This document shows positions 1 to 9,559 of a stretch of 64,000 nt of DNA, piece by piece (position 1 is the stretch's first letter; each line of letters begins with the position of its first letter). The notes under the pieces were generated by a model. That model was not told the origin of the DNA, ran no database searches, and saw only the letters and a list, made by a program, of their open reading frames with translations. Made by a program: the position numbers and the translations under genes. Source of the stretch: an uncultured cyanobacterium (GTDB lineage Bacteria; Cyanobacteriota; Cyanobacteriia; Phormidesmidales; Phormidesmidaceae); assembly GCA_963793265.1 (NCBI GenBank), contig CAWBZI010000001.1, positions 1,600,001 through 1,664,000 on the forward strand, given 5' to 3'.

Positions 1-2
1 AG

Positions 3-401
3 CTCTCAGGCCCCCTCATGGATCGCATTGACTTGCAGGTAATCGTAGGTCGTCTCAAACCCGAAGAAGTGACCCGCCAGCCTGAAGGCGAAGATTCTAC
101 AACCGTCAGAGCGAGAGTAGAAGCCGCCCGTCATCGCGCCCAGACTCGGTTTGCTGAAGCACCCTCCTTGCAGTGCAACGCGGATATGCAGAGCCGCCAT
201 ATCCGCGAATGGTGCCCTTTTGACGAAAGCACACGTAGCTTAATCGAAGGTGCCGTGCGCAAATTAGGGCTTTCTGCTCGCGCCACAGATCGCATTCTCA
301 AAGTGGCTCGCACTATCGCTGACTTAGGCGATGCGCCTCATATCGAAACCCAGCACGTCGCTGAGGCCATCCAATATCGCACCATCGACCGAATGCAGTA
401 A
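3..401 (+). CDS. comM: YifB/ComM family Mg-chelatase-related AAA+ ATPase, C-terminal part (5' end outside window)
   Basis: Frame is open from the window edge: LSGPLMDRIDL, then LSARATDRILKVARTIADL and HVAEAIQYR, typical of the ComM/YifB C-terminus. Confidence 0.9.
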   Translation, partial: LSGPLMDRIDLQVIVGRLKPEEVTRQPEGEDSTTVRARVEAARHRAQTRFAEAPSLQCNADMQSRHIREWCPFDESTRSLIEGAVRKLGLSARATDRILKVARTIADLGDAPHIETQHVAEAIQYRTIDRMQ

Positions 402-584
402 ACACGACAATATTTTGGCTACTACCCCTGCATTTCGGGTTTATGTCCCCAGACACAGAGCTAGTGTTGGCCAGTTAGCTACTATTTACTCGTCATATAA
501 AAATAAACTGGTCATTACGCAAAAAAGTACTTAAGTACATATAGGCTTTTTTGTGGTCATTGTTTTACGAGGAGTAACCGAGTC

Positions 585-1397
585 ATGTCTGTCAGAAAAA
601 AACTTTTAGGAGCCCTGAGCCTAGCTTTAATGGCAGCAGGAATGCATTTGCCAGCCAATGCTGAAACGCTCGAATCACAAACGCTTAGCGTCGAGGATAC
701 CAGCGGCCTACAGCTAGAGAGCTTGCCTACCCAAGGGTTATTGGAAGCAGACGCATCGTCTCCAGATTTGGCTATCACTGAGGTCAGCGAGCCTACCTAC
801 CTACAGCTCGAAAGCTTACAAACTGAGAACTTACAGGCTGAGAACTTACAAACTGAAAGCCTACAGGCCGAGAGCTTACCGTCTGAAAATTTAGAAACTG
901 CCGCACTCGACGCATCAGAACTAGAAGCTGTTGAGCTAGATGTAGACGAGTCATCAGAGATAGCCCAAGCTCGCCGCCGTACTCGGAACAGAGTCGCCCG
1001 TAGTGGCTCAGATTTTGTTGGTATCGGTGCTGACTTTGGCTACGTAGATAGCGTTTCTTTTGCTGTAATCAGCAAGCTGTCTCTATCCGAACAAATTGCC
1101 CTGCGTCCTTCTGTCTTAGTGGGGGACGATCTTGCGGTGCTAGTTCCTGTTACCTACGAGTTCACTCGCTTTTCTACCGACGTTAGCGGCTTCCAGATTC
1201 GACCCTATGCGGGCGTAGGCGCTTCTTACGATGGCGACGGTGAAGACTTTAATCTGCTATTGGCAGCGGGCGCAGATGCACCACTCTCTCAACGCTTTAC
1301 GCTGAACGCACAGGCCAACTTAGGCGTGTTTAACGATACTGACTTCGGCGTAACGGTAGGTGTTGGCTACAACTTCGGTAGCCTGCTTGGCCGATAG
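585..1397 (+). CDS. Outer-membrane beta-barrel protein (OmpA/OmpW-like small barrel) with acidic repeat-rich N-terminal region
   Basis: Signal peptide; alternating hydrophobic beta-strands (PYAGVGAS, FTLNAQANLG, VTVGVGYNF); GAGGAG SD upstream. Confidence 0.75.
   Translation: MSVRKKLLGALSLALMAAGMHLPANAETLESQTLSVEDTSGLQLESLPTQGLLEADASSPDLAITEVSEPTYLQLESLQTENLQAENLQTESLQAESLPSENLETAALDASELEAVELDVDESSEIAQARRRTRNRVARSGSDFVGIGADFGYVDSVSFAVISKLSLSEQIALRPSVLVGDDLAVLVPVTYEFTRFSTDVSGFQIRPYAGVGASYDGDGEDFNLLLAAGADAPLSQRFTLNAQANLGVFNDTDFGVTVGVGYNFGSLLGR
801..890 (+). repeat. Six imperfect 15-bp tandem repeats encoding LQLES/LQTEN/LQAEN/LQTES/LQAES/LPSEN
   Basis: ctacagctcgaaagc, ttacaaactgagaac, ttacaggctgagaac, ttacaaactgaaagc, ctacaggccgagagc, ttaccgtctgaaaat. 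Confidence 0.85.
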
Positions 1398-1451
1398 AGG
1401 CTTGGGTTCTGTTTTAATGAAACTTCTCGATTGAGCAGTGCGGTTGTTTAG

Positions 1452-1487
1452 AAAGCGGCTGAAGATAATTTCTTCAGTCGCTTTTTA
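1452..1487 (+). terminator. Intrinsic terminator after first beta-barrel gene
   Basis: aaagcggctgaaga-taatt-tcttcagtcgctttt hairpin followed by T run. Confidence 0.8.
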
Positions 1488-1620
1488 TTGGCTGCGCATA
1501 ATAGCTTGATTATTGTCTTCAGCCATAGGTCAAATGTAAATAACTTGATGTAATTGTGGGTAGTCTGTGAATACGCATCGCCTATAGAAAAAGCAAAAGC
1601 CGTTAGAGGAGTATTTGTAT

Positions 1621-2217
1621 ATGTCAGTGAAAAAAGGTTTGTTGAGTGTCATTGGCTTGGCTGTGCTCGCAATGGGGTTGCATTTGCCCGCACAGGCACA
1701 AACTATCGAGCAAGAGAGTGAATCAAACTACTTGGTAGCAGGAGACATAGAAGAGCTAGCTCAAAACCGTCGCAGACGAAATCCAGCGAATAGAGAGATG
1801 GATAGGGGCTCTGATTTTGTGGGCATTGGTGCCAATGTGGGCTACGTCAATGATGTCTCTGGCGTTGTTATCAGCAAAATTACGATTCGAGACAGACTTT
1901 CTATACGCCCTTCTCTCTCTATCGGTGACGACTTTGCTGTTTTAGTTCCACTTACTTATGATTTTAGAGAAGCTAGTGGTGAGGTTGAAGGATTTCAGCT
2001 ACGTCCTTACGCTGGCTTAGGGGCTTCTTGGGCAAATGAAAACAACAACAGAGGCGATGATACTTCTGATTTGCACTTGCTATTATCAGCAGGAGTAGAT
2101 GTTCCAGTATCTCGACGATTCACGGTCAATGCCCAGGCTAACTTAGGCGTCTTTAACGATACAGAGTTTGGCGCTACTGTTGGCGTTGGTTACAACGTAG
2201 GCAACTTTTTCCGCTAA
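1621..2217 (+). CDS. Outer-membrane beta-barrel protein, paralogue of 585..1397
   Basis: Shares GSDFVGIGA, RPYAG.GAS, NAQANLGVFNDT.FG.TVGVGYN with the upstream gene; signal peptide; AGAGGAG SD before ATG 1621. Confidence 0.75.
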   Translation: MSVKKGLLSVIGLAVLAMGLHLPAQAQTIEQESESNYLVAGDIEELAQNRRRRNPANREMDRGSDFVGIGANVGYVNDVSGVVISKITIRDRLSIRPSLSIGDDFAVLVPLTYDFREASGEVEGFQLRPYAGLGASWANENNNRGDDTSDLHLLLSAGVDVPVSRRFTVNAQANLGVFNDTEFGATVGVGYNVGNFFR

Positions 2218-2273
2218 AGCGCTTTGCTAATACTGCGCTAGTGATTTCCTAATTTTGATGAATTAGAAACAAC

Positions 2274-2309
2274 AGAGAGATTGAGTCAATACTTAGTCTC
2301 TCTTTTTGT
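2274..2309 (+). terminator. Intrinsic terminator after second beta-barrel gene
   Basis: agagagattgagt-caat-acttagtctctct plus T run. Confidence 0.7.
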
Positions 2310-2327
2310 TTGCAGCAATGAGGACAT

Positions 2328-3833
2328 ATTATCGTTATTTCGTCTTCTCAATCTGAAAAACCAAAATTACAAAAACCAAGATTACAAACTGACTTAGACC
2401 GGCTAAGAAAAAAGTTTCAGCAAACGTGGGGATACGATGATTTTCGATCGCCGCAGGGAGAGATCGCGCTGTCGCTGTTGCAGGGTCGAGACTCTATTAC
2501 GGTGATGCCGACCGGGGGCGGAAAGTCTGTTTGTTTTCAGCTACCGGCTTTGATGAGCACAGGCGTAACTTTGGTGATATCGCCTTTGGTTGCTCTAATG
2601 GAAAATCAGGTACAAGAGCTAAAAGAGAAAAACTTACCCGCAGCGGCTTTGCATAGTGAGTTAGGCGGGTCGGCTCACTGGCAGACGTTGCGATCGCTCC
2701 AAAACAACAAACTCCGCCTCCTCTACCTCTCTCCTGAAACGCTCCTAAGCCCCAAAGTCTGGGAAATTCTCTGCTTGCCCCAGGTTGCCATCAACGCCCT
2801 AGTGCTCGACGAAGCTCACTGCCTCACCCAGTGGGGCAATAGCTTTCGCCCCGCCTACCGACGACTAGGAGCCGTACGACCAGCACTACTACAGCACAAA
2901 CCTGAAGGGACTAGAATTGCGATCCCGGCCTTCACCGCCACCGCCGACCCCATCACCCAAAGCGCCCTCCATACCGTCCTCCGCCTACAAAACCCTCAGC
3001 TCATCCGCCTCAATCCCTATCGCAAAAACCTACACCTCACTGTCAAAACAGTCTGGACGCCCAAGGCTCGCAAGCAAGCCCTGCTCCAGTTCATTCAAAG
3101 CAAAGGCAGACAGTCGGGCTTAGTCTACGCTCGTACCCGCCGAGGCACAGAAGATCTCGCGCAGTGGCTAGCGGCTAAAGGCTACAAGGTCAGAGCCTAT
3201 CACGGCGGACTCGCGGCTTCTGTTCGCCGCCAAATAGAAGCGCAGTGGATTGACAATACCTGTCAGTTTGTCGTGTGCAGCTCTGCGTTTGGCATGGGCA
3301 TCAACAAAGCTGACTGCCGGTTTGTCGCCCATTACGAAGTGCCTACGCTGCTAGCCGAATATGTGCAAGAGGTTGGTCGGGGTGGGCGAGATGGCAAGCC
3401 TGCAACAGCATTGGCTATCGTTAGCGAGCGCACGGGACTGCTTGCCCCTGAAGACAAAAGACGCTGGCAGTTCTTCGAGCAAAAGGCGCAGCAGCTACAG
3501 TCGTCAGCCGCTCAGCTCATTAAGCAAATTCCACCAGAAGGGAATATCGATGAGGTCAGGCGAAAGTTTCGCAACGGCGAGCAGGCTTTAGCGCTACTCC
3601 ATCGGGACGGTCAGCTACGCTGGCTAGATCCTTTTACCTATCAAGTTCAAAAGAAACCACAGAGAAAAGTAGAAAAACAGCCCTCGTCTGTAGCGGTGAT
3701 GAAGCGCTATTTATTTACGCGGCGCTGTCGGTGGCAGTTTTTGCTAGAGGCGTTTGGGTTTGCTGATGAGGCGCAGGGTATGAGGTGTGGGAAGTGCGAT
3801 CGCTGTCTTTCGTGTCAGACTAAACGTAGATAA
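2328..3833 (+). CDS. recQ: RecQ family ATP-dependent DNA helicase (start uncertain; first canonical start is TTG 2478)
   Basis: PTGGGKS Walker A, DEAH, QWGNSFRP, QEVGRGGRDG, C-terminal CRW...CGKCDRC zinc motif; conserved WGYDDFRSPQ lies in frame upstream of 2478. Confidence 0.9.
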   Translation: MIVISSSQSEKPKLQKPRLQTDLDRLRKKFQQTWGYDDFRSPQGEIALSLLQGRDSITVMPTGGGKSVCFQLPALMSTGVTLVISPLVALMENQVQELKEKNLPAAALHSELGGSAHWQTLRSLQNNKLRLLYLSPETLLSPKVWEILCLPQVAINALVLDEAHCLTQWGNSFRPAYRRLGAVRPALLQHKPEGTRIAIPAFTATADPITQSALHTVLRLQNPQLIRLNPYRKNLHLTVKTVWTPKARKQALLQFIQSKGRQSGLVYARTRRGTEDLAQWLAAKGYKVRAYHGGLAASVRRQIEAQWIDNTCQFVVCSSAFGMGINKADCRFVAHYEVPTLLAEYVQEVGRGGRDGKPATALAIVSERTGLLAPEDKRRWQFFEQKAQQLQSSAAQLIKQIPPEGNIDEVRRKFRNGEQALALLHRDGQLRWLDPFTYQVQKKPQRKVEKQPSSVAVMKRYLFTRRCRWQFLLEAFGFADEAQGMRCGKCDRCLSCQTKRR

Positions 3834-3835
3834 AA

Positions 3836-4078
3836 ATGGAGGCGATTGTGACGACTGAACAGCTACTTCTAGAACACTGGCACAGCCTGCCTGAAGAAAA
3901 ACAAAAGGCAGTCTTGGACTTTGCAGAATTCCTCCGACGTAAGACAGCAACACTAGATCCCCCATCTAAAAAGGTAAAGCGTCGCTTTCCAGTACCCAAG
4001 CTAGCAGGTAAAGCCAAGATCATAGGAGATATTGTCAGACCCGTTGTTGACGAGGAGGACTGGGAGTGTCTGAAATAA
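3836..4078 (+). CDS. DUF2281-like antitoxin
   Basis: LPEEKQKAVLDFAEFL motif, C-terminal GDIVRPV...W tail; overlaps a PIN toxin gene. Confidence 0.7.
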   Translation: MEAIVTTEQLLLEHWHSLPEEKQKAVLDFAEFLRRKTATLDPPSKKVKRRFPVPKLAGKAKIIGDIVRPVVDEEDWECLK

Positions 4079-4467
4079 TTGTCTTAGACACTCACATCTG
4101 GATTTGGCTAGTCAATGGCAATCTAGAAAAGATTCCAGGATCGTGGCTAGAACAGATTGAGACTGTTGAACGCATTGGCATATCGCCTGTATCTTGCTAC
4201 GAAATATCCTTAGCTGTAAAGAAAGGAGGGCTTATTCTGCCTTCTACTGCGCAAGCCTGGTTTGATCAATCGATAGACGCAGCAGGCATAGAAGTATTGC
4301 CTTTGACAGCTCGCATTGCAGACAAAGCAGTTTCCTTGTCTCCCGTTCACAAAGATCCATTCGACAGAATGATTATTGCGACAGCACTGGACTACGCGGC
4401 AAGTCTTGCTAGCGTAGACAAGTTGTTTTCAAAGTACGAAGAACTGAAGGGATATCTGCTGACTTAA
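4066..4467 (+). CDS. vapC: VapC/PIN-domain toxin
   Basis: LDTHIWIW, SPVSCYEI, HKDPFDRMIIATA motifs. Confidence 0.9.
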   Translation: MSEIIVLDTHIWIWLVNGNLEKIPGSWLEQIETVERIGISPVSCYEISLAVKKGGLILPSTAQAWFDQSIDAAGIEVLPLTARIADKAVSLSPVHKDPFDRMIIATALDYAASLASVDKLFSKYEELKGYLLT

Positions 4468-4469
4468 AG

Positions 4470-5261
4470 CTACGCTTTCTCAGTTCGTTTTTCATCGCCA
4501 GCGATAACTAACGGCTCCTCGGTAGAGTCCGTGTCGGTTGCGACAGCCGAAAGATTGGGAATCGTCGTGGTTTCTAGCTCAGCTTCGTCAGTTACTTTTT
4601 TAGAGAAGCCCCAGGCAAACAGCGCAAAAATGAGGCTGACCATGATCCACTCGGGCGGTACCCATTCAGGATTAATCACCCGCACGAGTAGACGAATGCC
4701 GACAAAGGCAACTGTGACAAAGCCTGCGTCTTCTAAGTGAACGTAAATTTCAAGCCAGCGGATGAACAGGCCCGCCATGAAGCGGAGGGCGATGATACCG
4801 ATGGTGCCGCCGAGCAATACGATTAAGACATCTTTTGAAAGGGCGATCGCAGTCGTCACACTATCCAGTGAAAAGGCAATATCCGTCAGCGCAATTGTCG
4901 GCACCGCCTGCCAAAGCGTCGCAAACTTCGGCCCTTTCCCTTCACCATCTTCGCCATCACCTGACATAAAGTGCTGATACACCAGCCATAGCAAATACAG
5001 GGCTCCAGCCACTTCAAACTGCCAGTACTTGAGCACCCAGCTAGCGGCTAAAATCAGCGACACTCGCAAGATGAAGGCGACAATAAGGCCCAAGTTAAGC
5101 GCCTTTTTTTGGAGTTCTTCGGTTTGTAGGCCCTGCGCGATCGCTGCCAAAGCAATAGCATTATCAGCCGAGAGCACCAGCTCTAACAGGATCAATACCG
5201 GCAATAGCAGTAAGGTATCGCCTCCTAACGTGGGAGACATTTCAAGCAGGCGATCTAGCAT
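4470..5261 (-). CDS. TerC family integral membrane protein
   Basis: LELVLSADNA and DIAFSLDSV motifs, multiple TM helices. Confidence 0.9.
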   Translation of the reverse strand: MLDRLLEMSPTLGGDTLLLLPVLILLELVLSADNAIALAAIAQGLQTEELQKKALNLGLIVAFILRVSLILAASWVLKYWQFEVAGALYLLWLVYQHFMSGDGEDGEGKGPKFATLWQAVPTIALTDIAFSLDSVTTAIALSKDVLIVLLGGTIGIIALRFMAGLFIRWLEIYVHLEDAGFVTVAFVGIRLLVRVINPEWVPPEWIMVSLIFALFAWGFSKKVTDEAELETTTIPNLSAVATDTDSTEEPLVIAGDEKRTEKA

Positions 5262-5401
5262 GTGTCTGAACTCTTGGGCAGAACCCTGTAAAAATGAGCT
5301 AAAAAAATTTAAGACAAAAGATAGTGTCTCTCATCCTTTTTAGCAAGATAGGCTACAAACGCCTTCCCCTATCTAGAATAGATCGAAAGCCAAAGGCTAT
5401 T

Positions 5402-6166
5402 ATGCTTTATTGGCTCGCCCCTTCATCCTTTGCACCTGTGGTCACTTCCCTCGAAAAATTTAGATCCCAATATCCAGAGGGTGCGCTTGTTTCAAATCTG
5501 GTCACGATTCAAGACGGACAGTATGTGGTGCGCGCGGTGATTGTGCAAAAGGGTGAAACGCTAGCAACCGGGCTGGCGGCTAGTGTGGACGTGCAGATTG
5601 CTGAAGATAAGGCGAGGGAGCGGGCGATCGCAACCCTAATCACCACCTCAGAAGCCTCTGTTCAAGACGCTATCCAAAGCTCATCCAATGGCTCCAAAGA
5701 AGCTGAGCCCATTGCCCAGCCTCCCATTCAAACGACTGACCAAACTGCTACTCAAACGCCAACAGTTGCTATACCAACAGTCAGTTCGCGATCATCTGAC
5801 GAGATTATAGAAAGCGAGCCCGTTTTGCCGACAGCAGACGAATCACTAGAAGAACCTGCCGAAGAGGAAGATCTGAGCCCGCCTATTGAGGCTATTCAAG
5901 AAAGTGCCCTTGAGGAAGATACGGTAGCCGCAGCGCCTGCCAAGCCTTCGGCAGCGACGCTTGCGCTAGAGAGCTTTAACACAAGCGCTAACCCGGTTGA
6001 CCTTTCAGATGTGATTGCGCAAACCGATGTGGAGCTGACTCGGTTGGGCTGGACAAATGTACAGGGGCGAGAGTATCTAGAAAAGACGTATGGGAAGCGA
6101 TCGCGTCAGCAGCTCACCGACGAAGAGCTTATGAGCTTCTTGCTCTACCTAGAAGATCAAAGCTAA
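5402..6166 (+). CDS. Conserved cyanobacterial hypothetical protein (start 5402 or 5438)
   Basis: Globular N-domain, acidic linker, C-terminal ELTRLGW...YLEKTYGKRSRQQLTDEEL domain. Confidence 0.7.
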   Translation: MLYWLAPSSFAPVVTSLEKFRSQYPEGALVSNLVTIQDGQYVVRAVIVQKGETLATGLAASVDVQIAEDKARERAIATLITTSEASVQDAIQSSSNGSKEAEPIAQPPIQTTDQTATQTPTVAIPTVSSRSSDEIIESEPVLPTADESLEEPAEEEDLSPPIEAIQESALEEDTVAAAPAKPSAATLALESFNTSANPVDLSDVIAQTDVELTRLGWTNVQGREYLEKTYGKRSRQQLTDEELMSFLLYLEDQS

Positions 6167-7464
6167 GCGACTGATTCCTTCTCGGCCCGTTTCTGAACGA
6201 TCTGACTTCTAATATCTGCGGCTTGCTCAAGCAACTCGGCCTGCATCAGCTCAGACTGCTCACCCGAAGCCAACCACTTAAGCTGAACCTTTCCGGCCTC
6301 AGCCTCAGCATCTCCCAAAATCAAACCCACCACCGCGCCACTGCGATCGGCCCTCTTGAACTGCTTACCAAAGGCGCTACCGCTCAAATCAACTTCTACC
6401 GAATAGCCCTGCTTGCGCAGCTTATCGGCTAGCACCGCCGATTGAAACTCAGCCTTCTCGCCCCGAGAAATCAAATAAATGTCCAGCTCTGGCGTTGTGC
6501 TAAAGCGTTCCATTTGCTCTAGCAGAATAATTAAGCGCTCTAAGCCCATGCCAAACCCAATTGCAGGCGTATCTGGCCCACCTAATTGAGACACAAGGCC
6601 GTCATAACGACCGCCGCCGCATACCGTCGCCTGAGCGCCCAAGTCGGATGACTGAATCTCGAAGGCGGTGTGTGTGTAGTAGTCTAGGCCGCGAACGAGG
6701 CGTGGATTGATGTTGAAAGGAATGCCTAAGTTAGTGAGGTGCTGCTGTAGGCCATCAAAATGGCGCTGAGAGTCTTCGCTGAGGTAGTCGAGCAAACTAG
6801 GCGCATCGACAACAATCTCTTGGGTGCGCTTGTCTTTGCTGTCTAAAATTCGGAGCGGATTGCGGGTCAGACGGTCTTGTGAGTCTTCGTCTAGGTCGCC
6901 TTTAAAGGGCGTGAAGTAGTTGACTAGCGCTTCTCGGTACTGCTGACGGTCTTCGCTGCTGCCGACAGAGTTGAGATCGAGCGACAGGGCTTTGAGGCCG
7001 AGGGTGTTGAGGATTTGGGTTGCGATCGCGATAATCTCCACGTCCGCCCTCGGGTCGCGGCTCCCCAAAATCTCCACGTCTAGCTGATGAAACTGCCGCT
7101 GCCGCCCTGCCTGCGGCCTTTCGTAACGAAAAGCCGGGCCAATATGCCACAGCCGTTGTACGCCCCCCTGGGCAAATAGCTTGTTTTGAATAAACGCCCG
7201 CACCAAACCCGCTGTAATTTCAGGTCGTAGCGCAATCGAGCGACCACCGCGATCTTCAAAGCTGTACATCTCTTTGCCCACCGCATCGGTTGCCTCACCA
7301 ATGCCCCTGGCAAACAGCTCCGTCTGCTCAAAAACAGGCGTCCGAATTTCTCGATAGGCATAACTGCTGAGCGCTTGCCTGGCAATTCCTTCAATAGCCT
7401 CCCATAAAGGAGATTCTGAAGGCAAAATGTCGCGAGTCCCGCGAATGGCTTGAATGCTGCTCAT
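6163..7464 (-). CDS. hisS: Histidine--tRNA ligase
   Basis: RGTRD, LRPEITA, RYERPQAGRQRQFHQ, RLVRGLDYY, GGGRYDGL. Confidence 0.98.
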   Translation of the reverse strand: MSSIQAIRGTRDILPSESPLWEAIEGIARQALSSYAYREIRTPVFEQTELFARGIGEATDAVGKEMYSFEDRGGRSIALRPEITAGLVRAFIQNKLFAQGGVQRLWHIGPAFRYERPQAGRQRQFHQLDVEILGSRDPRADVEIIAIATQILNTLGLKALSLDLNSVGSSEDRQQYREALVNYFTPFKGDLDEDSQDRLTRNPLRILDSKDKRTQEIVVDAPSLLDYLSEDSQRHFDGLQQHLTNLGIPFNINPRLVRGLDYYTHTAFEIQSSDLGAQATVCGGGRYDGLVSQLGGPDTPAIGFGMGLERLIILLEQMERFSTTPELDIYLISRGEKAEFQSAVLADKLRKQGYSVEVDLSGSAFGKQFKRADRSGAVVGLILGDAEAEAGKVQLKWLASGEQSELMQAELLEQAADIRSQIVQKRAEKESVA

Positions 7465-7492
7465 GAAAAGTAAAGAACCTGTGTATCAGACG

Positions 7493-7816
7493 TTACGCGT
7501 CGGGCAAGTGACAGCAGTTTAGCTCGTCAATGCATACCTTACCTGACTGTAACGCCCAGCGAACTAATGCCACACGATTGCCGGTAGCTGTTTTATTAAG
7601 CACATTGCTCACATGGTTATCCACGGTGCGCTTGCTAATATCTAGCTCATTTGAAATCTCTTGATTGGTCATGCCTGCGGACACTAGCTCTACAATCTGT
7701 AGCTCTCGCTTGGACAGCTCAGTCGCTAGCTCACTGGCTGGCTCACTGTGGTCTGCCCCCTCTTTGCGAGATGAATCTTGGGACGCATGAGGTTCTGAGC
7801 TGTGATGAGGGAGCAT
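7493..7816 (-). CDS. pedR: Small LuxR-type regulator PedR (start uncertain)
   Basis: LSKRELQIVELVSAGMTNQEI...SKRTVDNHVSNVL HTH and C-terminal GKVCIDELNCC cysteines. Confidence 0.8.
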   Translation of the reverse strand: MLPHHSSEPHASQDSSRKEGADHSEPASELATELSKRELQIVELVSAGMTNQEISNELDISKRTVDNHVSNVLNKTATGNRVALVRWALQSGKVCIDELNCCHLPDA

Positions 7817-7931
7817 CGCTTCTTGAGCTGTATTTTGGTCGTTAGTCTTAACGTTTTGCTGAGAAGAGCGGCTGCCGTACATGAGCGTTTGATCTGTATT
7901 TATGCTTAGTATCTTTAGTGTAATCAATTAG

Positions 7932-8432
7932 GTGAGTGCCATGCTGAATCTTGAGAGTTTCAATAGAATGTTCTGCTCAAAGACACATATTTTACTGATC
8001 GAGTGGAAAAGGGTGTTAGTGCAGGTTCAGACTTTTGTGCTGGTAGGCGTTTTTTGTTTGGCTGGACTGACTGGGGCGATCACCTTTCCCGTGGTGAGTC
8101 TTGCTGATGATGTCAACACTTTACCTGTGACTGAATCTGTCGCCCCTCTCACCGAAAGCACTGACGTTGCCGCCGAAAAAGTAGACCAGTTCGCCCAGGC
8201 TTATCTACACGTATTAGAGCTATTGAGTGACAGAGAGTCAGAACTACCTGCCGCCGAAACCAGCGCCGAAGCTGCCAAAGTACAGCAGTCTATTGAAGCA
8301 GAAGCCGTCTCTTTAATTGAAGAGAGCGGCCTGACCATGCCCGAATACATGCAGCTTCTTGGACTTGCCAGCGAAGACGCAAGCTTCCGTGACAAAGTAC
8401 TTGGCAGCATGGACGAGTCGCTTCAGGAGTAA
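7932..8432 (+). CDS. DUF4168-like exported protein (true start probably ~8013)
   Basis: Hydrophobic leader; VDQFAQAY...IEESGLTMPEY...D.SFRDKV pattern. Confidence 0.65.
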   Translation: MSAMLNLESFNRMFCSKTHILLIEWKRVLVQVQTFVLVGVFCLAGLTGAITFPVVSLADDVNTLPVTESVAPLTESTDVAAEKVDQFAQAYLHVLELLSDRESELPAAETSAEAAKVQQSIEAEAVSLIEESGLTMPEYMQLLGLASEDASFRDKVLGSMDESLQE

Positions 8433-8515
8433 GCAACCTTCAGGAAAGCACCCATACCAATCTCAAAGAGTGAGTCAGCACGGGTGCGTATATTTTTACT
8501 TAGAAAGATTGCAGC

Positions 8516-9559
8516 CTATCGACGCATAGACTCTAGGCTTTCTCTATTACTGCGCTCAGTCAGCAAGCTAGAGATTAGCGAAGCAGGCTGCTGCTTGTGA
8601 GGCCAAGCGAACGAATGACGAAAAGCCGCTGCCTGACAGGCTCTAAGCTCATCAAAGCCAATCACGTCATGCGTGAGCAAGTTTTCATACTCAAATGGCA
8701 GTCGCACATTATGCAAACCCGCATTATCCGTACAGATAGCAATATCAACGCCTGCATCGAAGCAGCGATCAAACACTGTCTTGAGCTGACCAATTTCTTC
8801 AAGCGTTCCTGTTTGCAAATACGTAGTTGGACACACTTCCAAACACTGCCCACGAGCGGCAACTTCCTTTAATAACTCGGGATAGCGCAATGGGATTTGG
8901 ATACCGTGACCAATTCGCATCAGGTAGGGCAAAAGATCGGGATAGCAGCCGTCTTTTGTCTCGTATAAATGGCCCGTTGTGTTGAGCCCTAAGCTCTGGG
9001 CGTGTGCATAAAGCCGCTTAATTTCATCCAGATTGTAAACAGCGTCACCGCCTGCAATATCGATCCCACACACGTACTCGGGGTACTGAGCTGCTAGCTC
9101 CAGGGTGGCGCGGTTAATTTCGTAAGGCAAACGGGAGTGCAAACACAGAATCTGCTTGGTGATTACTGGATATTCACTTTGGTGACTCGCCCGGCCAACC
9201 ACCTCAATAATTTCGGCCATCGCATCGATTCTTTGCGTATCGCTTAGGCGAGCGGGCGTACGATAAAACGGCGTGTAGCGCAGTTCTAAATAAGCCAAAT
9301 TCTCGAATATGTAAGCGCCTCTAATCAACCGATAAATGAAGTAGGGCAGCGCCTCTTTGGTTTGCACGCTCTCAACTAATGTGTGCAGCTCTAAATATTC
9401 TTCGAGCGTATCTTTGGGCTGCGTATAGAACAGCTCAAATGCAGAATAGTCAGTAAATTTGTTTGAAATGTCGGGGCGATTACGCTCAAAGTAGCGCCAT
9501 AGCACTCTAGGAACTACGGAACCACCAAGATGCCGGTGAAGCTCTGCGTACAAACTCAT
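8516..9559 (-). CDS. add: Adenosine deaminase family protein
   Basis: AELHRHLGGS, RIGHG, LEVCPT, ICTDNAG metal-binding motifs. Confidence 0.9.
   Translation of the reverse strand: MSLYAELHRHLGGSVVPRVLWRYFERNRPDISNKFTDYSAFELFYTQPKDTLEEYLELHTLVESVQTKEALPYFIYRLIRGAYIFENLAYLELRYTPFYRTPARLSDTQRIDAMAEIIEVVGRASHQSEYPVITKQILCLHSRLPYEINRATLELAAQYPEYVCGIDIAGGDAVYNLDEIKRLYAHAQSLGLNTTGHLYETKDGCYPDLLPYLMRIGHGIQIPLRYPELLKEVAARGQCLEVCPTTYLQTGTLEEIGQLKTVFDRCFDAGVDIAICTDNAGLHNVRLPFEYENLLTHDVIGFDELRACQAAAFRHSFAWPHKQQPASLISSLLTERSNRESLESMRR

Noticed and set aside
801..890. Short repeats as a CRISPR array
   Set aside because: 15-bp in-frame coding repeats with no spacers; no cas genes in the window
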